A stretch of DNA of 63,092 bases, filler included, from Reticulomyxa filosa (GCA_000512085.1; 24 parts of 24 records of this genome joined end to end with filler, not necessarily neighbours in it); one strand, 5' to 3'. Positions 25,392-38,356 are shown, counted from the first letter of the whole stretch. A program made the numbers and translations. The notes: generated by a model not told the origin, from the letters alone.

Positions 25392-26420
25392 TACATCCAG
25401 CCAAATGGATTTTCATTAAGCCAAAGGGCAAATACAACATTGTCGTAATTGGTATTTTAATTTTTTTTTAATTGAAAAAAACAACATTTTTTGTATACGT
25501 ATTTTTTTTTTCTGAAAAAAATAAATTGATTGGCTTATTGAGTGCAACTGGCTCATCAGGTTTATGAGACAAAGCGGCGATCATCAAAGAGTATCTATTC
25601 GCTGGAGACTGCCCAAACAGTGGCTGTGTCAAAGGAAAAGTTACTATCGACTTCCCGAAAGGGATGTAAAGAATGCGAAAAATAAGGTTCATTTTTCTTT
25701 TTAATAAAGAAAAAAGAAAACTATAAATAATAATTTATACTTGCTATAAGTATTTTACAAATATATATGTATATATTATATAAACATACAATCACAAGAA
25801 GTGAACACTTTTGAATGAAAGGAACAGGTGTTGCAATGCAATGTGAATAGAGTATAGATCTATCATCAAGATGCTTGTGAACGATTTACGAGATTGTATG
25901 TGATAGACGTGTTTTTGGGTCATGGAAAATTCATATTGAAAAATAAGATACGCCGTTGGCGATTGCTGCACGAGATATCAGTTTACTTATATGGCCGATG
26001 CAATGGCCAGAATGGTCATTCACAATGCTCTGTTTTTTTGATCACTCCAAATGCAGTGATTTTGTTATCCTGTGGCGCAAGTACACATTTCCGAAAGTGG
26101 TACATGTGTGGTTGTACAAAGGAGATATACAAATCCGTTGCATCGACTATGACGTGATTAAAGTAGGCTTGGATCACAATGATAGAACCATTTGCGAAGA
26201 TGAGACTAGTGGGTTTGTCAAAATGTTGATCAAAAAAGGATCGGACCAATCTTGTGATGAGCCATTGTTAGCGAAAACGCTGGTAATCAAATCAATGAAG
26301 TCACTCTAGCCATTCAAACTAACACCTGACTCAGGTCCTTTGCTGGAGTTATCCATCCTTATCTAACTGTAGGAGAAGCTGTCAAAGTTTCTGGTATGCT
26401 TACAATCGCAATCTGTTAAC
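25392..26420 (+). pseudogene. Mercuric-reductase/lipoamide-dehydrogenase-like class I pyridine nucleotide-disulfide oxidoreductase pseudogene
   Basis: HPAKW, KGKYNIVVIG, redox motif GDCPNSGCV, DRTICEDETSGFVKMLIKKG, GVIHPYLTVGEAV; stops, frameshifts and a large internal deletion. Confidence 0.8.
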
Positions 26421-26762
26421 TTATGTTATAAGGCTACATCACACTTGCCATTTGACGAGCGAACACTACATTGTTATTTCAGAAAATTTGCACATCCGAT
26501 TTTTGGTATCCAAGTTCGTTTGAGGACATGTATGTTTTGTCCGCATCCCCACAATATGGAACAAAAAAACAAATGCATAAATAAAAAATTTGTTGTCTAT
26601 ATCTTACTCCAAAAAAATTTACTGAACTCAATATTTCAAATCAACCCGAAAAAAAGAGCCTTATTGGAATATATTCAAAGATATTATTGGTTCGTTTGGT
26701 AATGTTCATTTATATTCGGATATTTTTCTTTTTTTTTTGAGGTAAATTGGAGGAAATTGGAC

Positions 26763-27765
26763 CTAATTGCTAAAAAAAAAAGAAAAAGTCAGATGAGACG
26801 ATGTATGAACAAGAAAAATAAACATATTGGCAGAAGAGGTGAGAAGAGATACGAACCCACGATCGAAACGATCGACAGCATAACACCACGCAATCACAAG
26901 CATTGTAGCTTGAAGACAGCTATGGTCAATTGATCCTGTAACAGTTGAGCAGCGTAGACACATTGGACGAAAATGACAGTCTAGCACTAACACCTTCAGA
27001 AACGTGATTTTCACAAAAACTTTTAACAAACACGATAGCGAATTTTGCACCTCTTGGATAATCGAAAGTGTTTTGTAAATTTTAAGTTCCAATTGTGGAT
27101 GCACAAGTCTGCGTAAAGTGGACATTTCAGTGATAGCTTGATCCAACGTCGCAGCTTCGACAAATACGTGATCACTTTGTAACCTTTCTCAAGGCTGTCG
27201 AGATGATCAAAGTCCAGCTCCAAATATTGATTCGATTGTTCCAAATCACATACATTAGTCTTCCTCCTTATTGTCTATCGTCGATCCACTTCAATAGATT
27301 TACGCATATAACATAAGAAAAAAATATATTGTAATTCACGCTTTCTTCTTCTCTGAGCAGCAAATGGAGCATAATATATTCTTCAAATTTACTCATTTGA
27401 ATATGTTCTGTTGCTTGTTTGACAAGATCCACGAAACAACAAAACAATTTTTGGTACATTTGTTTGTAAGGAGCATTAAAACTTTGAAAACAACTTTGTA
27501 CTTGTGTTATTTTATTCAAATTAATGTTAACTGAGATCTCATAGTTTGATGTAATTTTCAATATAACGGACCAAATTGGATACTTGATTTCAGATTTTGG
27601 TTCAGAGAATTAATACTAATTGCCTCTAGTAAATGTGTTCGAATATTTTCTGACATTGCAATACTCTTTACTTATATTGTGAAACCAAGCATTTATTAAA
27701 CAATATTGGCTTCTTCATTTTTGTCATTCTAAGCACTGACACATTCATGAAAACGTCAAATGATA
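26763..27765 (-). pseudogene. Degenerate unknown coding relic
   Basis: Overlapping short ORFs in shifting frames. Confidence 0.25.
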
Positions 27766-28513
27766 NNNNNNNNNNNNNNNNNNNNNNNNNNNNNNNNNNN
27801 NNNNNNNNNTTAATTAATTAANNNNNNNNNNNNNNNNNNNNNNNNNNNNNNNNNNNNNNNNNNNNTCGGTATCTGTTAGCAATATATCTAAATAAAACAA
27901 TTGAAAGATGAGACAATATTAGGAACACGAAAATCAATTAAATTGAAATTGTCTTAACTGGAAAAAAGAAAAAAAATTTAAACATTTTTTATCTTACAAT
28001 CAAAGAAGATCCCAAATAGAGATTGATAAACTTTGCTTATTTATGAAAATAAACAAATATAAAACTTTTTATCATGTGATCCTTACAAAAAAGTAAACTC
28101 GTTTTTGAACAGCACATGTTATAAAAACTTCAAGGAACAAACATTAATGTTACTAATTTGCGATAAGATTTTAAATGCTCATTTTACATGATGAAATATT
28201 TTGATTGTATGAAATGTACAAATGAATTATATTTCATCTAAAAAAATACAAATTAAAAATTGTGGAGTAATTTATGATCATCTAATTATGATCAACGATG
28301 TTTTTACTTATGGCCATGTGTTTAAAATTTTTTTTTGAAAAATTATTGATATCAATCATTGATAAATTTGAAAGAAAAAGTTCAAAATTTTGCCGATGTA
28401 TGAACGGCATGGAGATACTTTTTTGTACGTTTTCCAGACCGAAGTCAAGAGTTGAGAGAATGTACTATATAATGAAAATTTCAATATATGTATATACTAA
28501 AAACATTCGATAC

Positions 28514-28654
28514 GATAGCATCGTGCAATATGTTATAGATTGAAATGCTATAGCTGAGTACTGTTTACTGTTATGATGTTGTTTAGTCGTCCAAAGCTAA
28601 ATATTATGCAGATATGGGTTCGAATCCCATCTGTATCATTTATATATTTTTTTT
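28514..28654 (+). repeat. tRNA-like inverted repeat, left arm
   Basis: A-box-like TAGCTGAGT (28551), T-arm ATGGG-TTCGAAT-CCCAT (28614-28630), oligo-T 28647-54; reverse complement of 29859-30000. Confidence 0.9.
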
Positions 28655-28829
28655 AAAATGTCACTTCATAATATTGCTATTTTTGTTTATTTCCTTCAAT
28701 TCAGTTATTATTGGAAAAATTAATCAAAAACACAAAATTGTCAATTTTAAGTTTATTATATCATATTCAAAAATGAAAATGTTAGACGACAACACAGTGC
28801 AAAACAACGAATGAGTATTCATTTCACAT

Positions 28830-29420
28830 GTGTTCTATATTAGCAAGACAATGTGTAAGCCAATGATCCGACAAGTATTGGAAGGTTGCAATGCAGTGAT
28901 TGCATATGGCCAAACGGGAAGTGGAAATACACACATTATTAGAAAACTCGAGCAAAACGTGAAAGGCGTGCTGCTATTGTTATTGGAGCATTGCTGGAAG
29001 CCCTTCCGTCAAGTCAATTGAGCTGAGTGGAATCGAAGTCTATGGCACGCATTAATTTATTTAATCTGTTTGAAACACAAACAAAGACATGGATTGGAGC
29101 AAGGAGCTTGTGAACTCACAATTGCAGCCAAAAATGACCATCACAAAAGGTTTGCCTGATCCGAAAGAATTTTGGAATTGCATTAATGTACGTTTAAAAA
29201 AATAATCATAACTATAAATAAATAAATATATATTTATATATACTATATATTATGAAGCACATGATGCACCACATTTTGCATCAACTGGCAAGTTTCGATT
29301 TTTTTTTTAATTTTTTTTGAAATAAAAATGCACTTCCAAATTCTTTAAAAAAAAACACTGAATCATCATGAGGACATGCTGCGTTCGTGGTCAAAATCAC
29401 TCAAGATGTCAATGGAAATA
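28830..29420 (+). pseudogene. Kinesin motor-domain pseudogene retaining introns
   Basis: PMIRQVLEGCNAVIAYGQTGSGNTH (P-loop K to N), ELSGIEVYG, HFASTGK, NTESS*GHAAFVVKI (switch I Arg replaced by TGA at 29369). Confidence 0.85.
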
Positions 29421-29858
29421 TGCTAAGTGAAAGATGATGTGGAGCTGTTGGACGTAGTATTATTACGAAATAAAGCAAGATAATACGTGCAAAAAAAGAT
29501 TACCGCGGAAGCGATCCGAAAGATAACAGGAACGGAATATCTTCAAAAGCAACAATCGAACAATGCATAAAGCAACAATAGCAAGAATGACGTCAATCAA
29601 ATAATATTCTGAGCGGTAATGTAACTGATCTACTAAAAGTTTCTATTCTTTTGTTCAAACCATAACATCATTTAGTTTTACCAATGCCTCTATTTTTTCT
29701 GATAACTTGATCAAGCATTTATACCTTATAATTTGAAAAAATTTTTTGAATTGATTTTGCAGTATTTAAAGTAAAAATAACAATTGTCATCGTTTAATTT
29801 GACGACTATTATTTCAGCTAGATTTTCTTTTGCGAACAATTCGTTAATATTTCACATT

Positions 29859-30000
29859 AAAAAAAAAATATAAATAATACAGATGGGACTCGAACCCATA
29901 TCTACATAATATTTAGCTTTGGACGGCTAAACAACATCATAACAGTAAACAGTATTCAGCTATAGCATTTCAATCTATAACATATTACACAGATACTATC
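29859..30000 (-). repeat. tRNA-like inverted repeat, right arm
   Basis: The reverse strand reads TAGCTGAAT...GGGTTCGAGTCCCATCTGTATT...T10. It differs from the left arm core by 7 substitutions and 1 indel. Confidence 0.9.
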
Positions 30001-30199
30001 ATAATGGGTAATATACNNNNNNNNNNNNNNNNNNNNNNNNNNNNNNNNNNNNNNNNNNNNTTAATTAATTAANNNNNNNNNNNNNNNNNNNNNNNNNNNN
30101 NNNNNNNNNNNNNNNNGTAAAAAAAAAACAAACAAACAAATAATAACACTAAGAATAAAAAAAGAATAAAAGCGATAACAGTGCGAATGTGAAAAGAAG

Positions 30200-31108
30200 A
30201 CAAACCTAATAGGACCAATGGTTTTACGAACAGCTGTTGTTTGTTGTTCCTTAAAAGTGATCTTGACTCGAAGAGCTTGTTCAGAGCCTCCAGGGAACTT
30301 TTTTACTTTCCATACCACCTTGCGATTTTTCAAATCGTACTCACAGGTTTGACCAACCACCCCAGTGTTTAATTCGGGTGTAACTCTGTAGCACAGCAAG
30401 CAATATTAAAAGTAATGGAGAGGGAGGAACAAACAACTATTGCAAATAAAATAACAAATAACAAACAACAAACGAACGTTTGACAATTGGAAGGAACAGG
30501 CAATTCAACTCCAACATTTCCACCGTAGTTTTGCTCCGGAATATCTGCACGAATTTTGATGATCAATTCGACTTTGTAAGGACTGACCAACTCAAAGAAA
30601 GGGAAGATGCGGAATGGTTGTCGGAATTCATTGGTGACGCGGTAGTTGATGACTGCAAACTCTCCATCAGGAGGGACAAACCTCAAAGTACGAGTTTGTT
30701 CAAACTCGTCTAATCGAACACATTCGTGGAAATTGATATCATCCAACACCACCCCTCCGTACATTGCGCTGTTACCACTGCTTTTCCAATCACCAAATCT
30801 TCTTCAATGCTAACTTTAGCTCTGGATTTCCAACCAAATACGACTTCATTTGTATTGTTCCGTCTATTGATGAACTTAGTGGAGACCCCTTTTTTTTTTT
30901 TCAAAAACACACAGCACAGTGGGGGTGTTTTTTTATTTGTAAAAAAAAAAAGATGACTAAACATTTGCACCAAACGTGACCGATATTCTCTCAAAAATGT
31001 CAACAAATATTTCATTTTTTTTATTCGTGGACCTTTTTTCACCTTTGCCTCCCCATTCTATTGGAACATTGGCCGAATTTGAAGGAGTCGTTTTCAATTC
31101 GCCCACCT
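30200..31108 (-). CDS. AP4M1: AP-4 complex subunit mu (mu homology domain), internal fragment with introns
   Basis: KNEIFVDIFERISVTF, SIDGTIQMKSYLVGNP, EDLVIG, LDDINFHECVRLDEFEQTRTLRFVPPDGEFAVINYR, WKVKKFPGG. Confidence 0.85.
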
Positions 31109-31147
<39 letters not shown>

Positions 31148-31499
31148 ATTGTGAGATCAATATTGTCTTTGTTTCGTGTTCAAAATATTCGTTGTGTATA
31201 CAACACACAAAAGCCAGCCATATATTCCAAGTCAATTTGCAATGACAGTCTAAAACAAACTATTGTAACATTTCGCAAGATATAAGAGTGGAGGAAGAGT
31301 TTGTGTTTCCTAACTTTTATCTTTTCCTANNNNNNNNNNNNNNNNNNNNNNNNNNNNNNNNNNNNNNNNNNNNTTAATTAATTAANNNNNNNNNNNNNNN
31401 NNNNNNNNNNNNNNNNNNNNNNNNNNNNNTTTTTTTTTTTTTTTTTTCAAATGTGTTATTGTTATTACCATTATTGTTATTACTTTTGTTTGTCTCTTG

Positions 31500-31860
31500 A
31501 CAAACACTCTCCAATGCTACCTGGAAAAATGTAAAAATGGATTTCATTGCTTTTTTACTTCCTTCGATCCTGTCTATGATTGCACGCATACCAACAAAAT
31601 CCCATAAATCTCTACTGTAGCTTGGCTTCCCCTTTGTTTTGTATTCATCCACAAAATTACAAGTTACAATCACTGTGTAAACTGGCTCAACCTCAAAGAC
31701 AAGTAGTTTGTTTTCCTTGATATCCTCTTTGGTATCCCCTCTTCTTGACAACATTCACTACGGCAATATTAACAAACCTGCGTAAATGAATTCAAGCCAA
31801 CTTGAGTCTTGTTTTCATTGGCAGTTTCTGGATTCGAATAGAGGAGTGTCTGAACCGCAG
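31500..31860 (-). CDS. Hypothetical coding fragment
   Basis: Short ORF with coding-like composition; no family. Confidence 0.25.
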
Positions 31861-32590
31861 GATTAGTGATGAAATTAAACATTTTTTTTTTTCAATTTTT
31901 CCACCCCCTGCTGTGATCTCTTTAGGCACAAAAGTACTAGCAAAGTGATATTAAGACAAAACAAAACCAAAATTTGCAGAAAAAAAATTTTTAAGCAATA
32001 AGACGTAAAAAAGAATATATGAACCACTTGATTGATGACGAATACGACGAAGATAACAAATATTATAGTGCATTGATTCTTGAACGTGAAAAAGCTAATG
32101 AAAATATAAATGACACATAAGTACAATAAAATGTATCGTTTCATCATCTATCGATAAGACAATGTGTACACTTTTACATCAAATATTTTTGTTACAAAAG
32201 TGATTAATTTTTGTTCATACATATCACAACAAGTAATTTATATACATACATAAATATGTAGTACTCATGATATATCGTAATAAGCAATTCTCGCAAAACC
32301 CAAGTGAACTTTGGAACCCTTTATTCTAACAACACACTACTCACTTTCACGCCTTGTCTTTCCTCTTTCACTTGTTAAATCTGTTATTTGTTTTATCTTT
32401 TGTTTAATTTATTACTCTTTTGTTTTAAATTGCTCAAAAGAGCGAAAACCTTTCGTATTACAGTTTGCGCACATCTTTCAGCAGCAGAAAACCCACAAAT
32501 ATAAAATTACAAGAGGATGTTATGTTTGACCAATAAATCCAATGATCCAAATAATAATAAATTTTATATAGTAATGTCACATTGGAGACA

Positions 32591-32610
32591 TACAGTATGT
32601 TGCAAAGAAA
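32591..32610 (+). mobile_element. Tc1/mariner-like TIR (TA|CAGTATGTTGCAAAGAAA) at contig end
   Basis: Identical to 38656-38675. Confidence 0.6.
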
Positions 32611-32739
32611 NNNNNNNNNNNNNNNNNNNNNNNNNNNNNNNNNNNNNNNNNNNNTTAATTAATTAANNNNNNNNNNNNNNNNNNNNNNNNNNNNNNNNNN
32701 NNNNNNNNNNACATATATGACATTTAAAAAAAAAAAAAC

Positions 32740-33397
32740 TCAACGCTGTATCGGTAATGATGAAACACATCCGATATCGTATATTGACCACGATACCTTT
32801 CCATAATGTCCACAAAGAGTACCACTTTACGTGCGCTTGCGTATTTGCATGCAAGTTTCAATATTTCGCTCTGTGCGTTGGTCACACATATCCACACCAA
32901 GCTCGTCCTTTGTTTTAGCTCTTTTTCTTCCCTCCCTCTCTCCTATTGGCTTGGGTGTCTAAACAACAAACTGATTTAATGGTCGGGTTTTCGATGGAGT
33001 CAATGAACTCCAACTCTTTGTGATATAATTTGTCCATTTTTGCATTGACCGAATTCGGTCTTTTGAATGATGTCTGTGGTAAACAATACTCCGTCTCAGG
33101 GTACGACTGCTCACGTAATGATGGCAAACGAAATATATCCAATCCAATCATATCCTCTCTTGGGTTACTGTGAGTGCTCATTGGAGATTTGGTTATCATC
33201 AACGACAAGTCATCGATTACTAGTCCGATATTTCCGTTGAATTGTTCCATTTTTCTTTGCAAAACGTCAAGCGATATATCCTCTCCGTACATTCGCTGAA
33301 GTACTTGCAAATTGCGATTTTGTACGGATTTATTGGAAAAAGACACGCTATTATCTTTTTCCTCTTCGAATAGTAGATTTGACATTTGTGAACACAA
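32740..33397 (-). CDS. Hypothetical protein
   Basis: 160-codon ORF plus a probable downstream exon; no family. Confidence 0.35.
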
Positions 33398-34153
33398 GAA
33401 GAAAGAAGGGGATAACCACTAATTTTTTAAACGTTCAGTCTTAAGTTAGCACTTGCTTTTTTAGTGGCAAATAAAAACACACTGGACAAATGACCATTAA
33501 ACACAAAAAAAAAACAAATTTATAATGTGACAACATTTGAAACTTTAATTATAAAAAAAAGCAAACAACAAAAATACGTAATTGAGTTCATTTCAACAGC
33601 ACTCTTTTTTAAGAACCGGAATTTTCTCAAAAATCTATTACATTGCATTGTTTTGTCAGATTTACGTTTGTTGTGGTTACTAGTTTTCCTTTGTATCTTA
33701 GTTTTTGATATCAATCAAATGTTTTCAAGATCTGTACGCATAAGTTTATATTGTCTTTTCCTAAAGTCTTTTCTTCTTGATGGCGGCAGTGTCTTATCCT
33801 TTTTAATATTTTTGTTACTATTACATGTTGTTTAAAAAATATATTAGATTTAACACAATACTTACTGTCTTCAAGGATTTTGCATTTATTAACTGTTTTG
33901 ATAACTACATTTGTTGAAATATTTTCAAAGACCTAATAATATCATTTATTTTGCTTTTACATTTAATACATTACTTCAAAGTGAACGTGTTGTTTCGTAA
34001 AGAAAAACACGCAAAGCAAACCTAGGGTTTGCTTAGCAGTTTTTTTTTTGAGTGCTCCCATTTCATAATGTATTAGATAATAATTTGGAAATTTTTGGTT
34101 GTGGCGCATCGGTTTTATTTATTTTCTATCTCACAACATTAGTAAATTAAAAA

Positions 34154-35197
34154 ATGAATGAAAAAATACGAAAAGTGTCAGCAAGTTTTCGAGAAAAACT
34201 TGAACAAATCAAGAAAGGTATTTTTTAAAAAATAATGACAAATAAAGCTATGGAAAATATTGTGAACATATGGATAAAGTGATAAATGCTCCAAACAAAA
34301 ACATACTGCACAGATGCAACAGTGATCATTCGATTACGAAGCGACAGTGAGAAGTTGTTGCATAGCTATCCAATCCGTTGTGAAGGATTTCCGACCAGTA
34401 ACAACATAAAAGGCGAGTTTAAATGGTATCGTATGAACAACACAAAAAACGTCGACCCATCCAACAATTTTCAGATTATCACAACCACCAATGTGCCAGT
34501 GTTCCATCCGAATATCGAGGATAGCAACGGCGAGATTGCGTGTCAATGGGTACCTGACAACAATTCCATTGCGACGTATCAACCCTCAAACTTTGCACGA
34601 ATTGGGCCATTGGTAAAAGATCCAACGATTTTGACCGACGCCCAAACCATGATCGACGGAAACATTGCCTGTTTTAAAATTGACTCCTCAAATTCGGGCG
34701 TAGATCAAAGTACCAAGCAATTGAAGTTTATTTACTTTTTTTAAAAGCTTTGTTTGTGGCTCTTTTTCCCTACAACTTTAAAAAAAAAAAAAAAAAAAAG
34801 AGTCGATTGTAAAAGTGCGACGATAATGATATTGGAAACAATGGCAACAAACAAAGTAAAAGAAGCAGAGGGAGGAGAAGCCGAAGATACATCGTCACAT
34901 CATTCTCCATCGCTCTCTTCACGCAACAGCACTACATTGCTTAGTTTGACCAATCGCAGTGTCGGAGTTGCCACCCACTCGCCACGCCCTTCGCTCCAAC
35001 CCACGTCTCCAAACCCTTCCAGTTCGGAAGCACAAGAGAGCGTCCCCGCCGAACCAACTCGGAGCATAGCTCGCAAGAGCAAACACTTGCCATAACCCAA
35101 TCCACTACACCCTCGGAACAAAAGAGCGAAGCTGAGTCTGCCAATCCTCAAAAGACCGACTCCGCCATTACAAACGCTTATCCTATCAATTCAACGG
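34154..35197 (+). CDS. Hypothetical protein with an Ig-like (AIR9-A9/SCAB-like) domain and Ser/Pro-rich tail, multi-exon, 3' partial
   Basis: FKWYR, I, FHPNIED, IACQWVP pattern; GT-AG introns ~34218-34313 and ~34726-34800. Confidence 0.5.
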
Positions 35198-35464
35198 TAA
35201 TTTTTTTTTTTTTTTTTTTTTGCAATTTTAAATTTACTTTATACATTTAGTATATATTGTATATATACTAAATATATTATATAATTTTTTTTTTTTTTTT
35301 AGTGTCCAACAAAAAAAAAAAAAAAAAAAGATAAAAATCAAACATGATCTTCGTGTCGAAATGTNNNNNNNNNNNNNNNNNNNNNNNNNNNNNNNNNNNN
35401 NNNNNNNNTTAATTAATTAANNNNNNNNNNNNNNNNNNNNNNNNNNNNNNNNNNNNNNNNNNNN

Positions 35465-36030
35465 TGTTGTTGTTTGTTTATGGTATCATGCATATCAATA
35501 CTATATCCAATTCCATTTCCAATGCCACCACGCATACTAGCATTTGGTAATTTACTAGTGTCAAACATGTTTGCCTTACCATTAAATTGGATTTTTGATC
35601 CAATTCCAAGTGGTGTATTTTGTCCCAACATTGATTGCAGTAGATCCGATTATGGCAAAGACACCTTGCCTCCTTCACAAGCCTTGTTACCAGCGAGTGT
35701 GTTTCGATCTTGCCTGATGTTCAGTAGAAGTTACCCGACTATCGCTAATTTCCCGAAAGCGTCGAACATTCTTAAGGCTAAGCAAGTATCGATACCCTCA
35801 CACAAGCCTCCCGTTGCCAGAAAGAGTTACTATATCAGTTACCAGTAGTTTGCACATCGGTACACTTAAAGCAAGATAAGTTTAAAAGCACTTCCACATC
35901 TCATAGCCACATACCACACTAGATGCTGAATCGACGACGCCCCCCAAAAATGAATTGCAACAAAAGACGTTGCCAAAAACAATATCAAAAGTCACATAAT
36001 AGATATCGAAGTTTCTTGACACTTCCAAGC
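35465..36030 (-). pseudogene. Degenerate coding relic with a B-box-like motif
   Basis: ARCLCHNRIYCNQCWDKIH within otherwise interrupted frames. Confidence 0.3.
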
Positions 36031-36116
36031 ACTCTCTTTCAAAATACAACTTTTTAAGAAAAGTAATATTTATCTACTTCATCATTAATATTAAATTTAT
36101 TTATCTATTCACACAA

Positions 36117-36242
36117 TTTAAGGCATTTAATACCAATAAGATATTTATTATTCCAGCCTTGGTGAACAAGGAAACAAATTCAGTGTCAAGATCATATACT
36201 GACAAAGCGTGTCTATTGGCAAAGACATTTGCAGAACCGCCT
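36117..36242 (+). mobile_element. Small LINE ORF2 linker fragment
   Basis: FKAFNTNKIFIIPALVNKETNSVSRSYTDKACLLAKTFAEPP resembles the linker encoded at ~20920-21035. Confidence 0.45.
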
Positions 36243-37139
36243 AAAAAAAAAATCAGTTTATTGAAACATTTAAAGGACTAGATGAAAAAAAGATGCTTTG
36301 TATATCGGCGTTGCCATTTGCACTCATTTTGTCAATTGTTTTTTATTGGCCTCATTACCGAACAGCACTCTCGAAAAATTGCATTTGTCAACAAATAAGT
36401 ATATTACTAATGAAATAACTTTGAGATAATAGCAAACGAAAGATATCAGATTTTTGATAGAAATCTTATTAGAAACTATTTCTGTGTTTCATTTCCCTTC
36501 TTTTCTTTTTTCTCTATTTTCATTTGTAAAAAAGAAAAGTGGATGAAAAAGATTATAACAAAGTTTGAAGAATTGTTTATTGAATCAGCAAATGTAAAAC
36601 GATTTGAAGAAAAAAGATGTTCCTGCAATTTATGCTTATGTATCTATCATTGCAATGATGATCATGATTGTAATGTTTTGTTCTCTTATGGCGAAAAAAG
36701 TAAAAAGAAGGAAGAGTCAACACTATGCATAATAGCAGTGGTTTTTTTATGATATTTCCAACAACGAGAGGATATACCGCATCTGATTTGTTGTTCAGCG
36801 AAAGCATTAACGTACAATTGTTTCTAGATATAAAAGTAATACTTTAATCAAAGGCTAAAAAATATTTAAAATTTGGTAATTTTTTTTACTGTGAGAAGTG
36901 ATGATATCGATTATGATATCTTCTTTCAATTTTAACGATAAAAAAACCCCCAATCTTGTAATTCTATCCCCCAGGATTCAATAAATGACAGTAATACAGG
37001 TCAAAGGTTTTTTTTCCCCTTTTCAAAAAAACGAACTAATATTTATCGAAATTATTAACTGAGTCAATTATATAATGGTCATATAACTTTGGTGGTTTCA
37101 ATATTTTCAAGATAGCTAAAAGTGACTTTGTGTGGAAGT

Positions 37140-38356
37140 ATGAAAGGAGGAAAAAAATCCAAATCAAAAGCGAAAGACCAATCTGCAATAAATAATACTG
37201 AAAAGACAATTAAAAAACCAAAAAATTTTGATGCTGTTAGTTAGATATATTTGTCTAAACTTTGAAGACAAATAAAACAATAAAATAAAAATTCAAATAT
37301 AGCTTCAAAAGTGTGTTCAAAAAGTTATAAGATTTTGGCAACGAGAATGTAATATTAAGATAGTAGGATGGATTACAGATTTTGATAAAATGATTACCAG
37401 ATTTGTTAAGTCCAAATCAATTTATAAATAAGTTGTATGATCTTTTTTTTTATGTTTTGCTTTTTCGAAAAAACAGACTGACAGCAATGGAGAATTAAAG
37501 ACCATGAAAGGACACGTAAGACCAGTAAGAAGTGTTCATTTTTCACCTGATGGATGTACTGTTGTGTCCGGTGCATATGATGAAACAATTCGGTTATGGA
37601 ATGTACAATCAGGAAAACAGATACTTAAATTAGATACAATATATGATGTAGAATATGTACAATTTTCACCAGATGGTAAAACAATTGCATCTTGTAGTCT
37701 TGATTCAACACTTCGACTTTGGGATGTGAAATTGGGTATAGAAATTAAAAACATTATTATTGGAGAGGCAATAAGAAAAATAAGATTTTCACTTGATGGA
37801 AATACGATTTTAGCTTATGGTTACGGGAATGATATTGAAATATGGAATTTGGTATTAGGCAAAAAGTATCAACAATGAAAGGACATAGAGTTTTGTGACA
37901 GATGTCCATTTTTCATTGGATCACTCTAAAATTTTGTCAGCTTCTCGTGATAAAACAATTAGATTATGGGATGCAAAAACATATAAACAAGAAAAAATAT
38001 TTCAAGGACATTCCAATTACGTTATTAGTGCTTACTCGATTTTGGATGGTCAAACTATTGTATCAGCTTCTCTAGATAAAACAGTTAGATTGTGGGACAG
38101 TAAGTCAGCTCAACAACTCCAAAAAATTGAATTGTTTAATGAGATTCGTGGACTGAATGTTTCACCAGATGGTAAAACGCTTTTGTTATTTGGTCTTGAT
38201 AGAATAATTCGACTGTGGGATGCAAATAGTTTGAAAGAGATACACAGTTGGAAAGCGCATTCTTCAACTATAACTGATACAAATTTTTCATCGGATAATT
38301 CCACTATTGTTACAAGTTCTTGTGATAATACAATTCGATTATGGAGACTTCGATGA
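37140..38356 (+). CDS. WD40-repeat protein of a lineage-expanded family (frameshifted near 37860-37895; gene or young pseudogene)
   Basis: About 7 WD repeats (GHVRPVRSVHFSPDG...TIRLW) and an N-terminal motif RFWQRECNIKIVGWITDFDKMI. Confidence 0.85.

Noticed and set aside
29369-29371. In-frame TGA in kinesin switch I (also TGA in the oxidoreductase relic) as selenocysteine or code reassignment
   Set aside because: A simple CGA/AGA to TGA change among many other lesions; intact genes in the window use TGA as stop.
35560-35640. MLGQNTPLGIG resembling the RNA polymerase largest-subunit motif MLGQLAPxGTG
   Set aside because: No flanking RPB1 motifs; the alternative frame gives a B-box-like motif.
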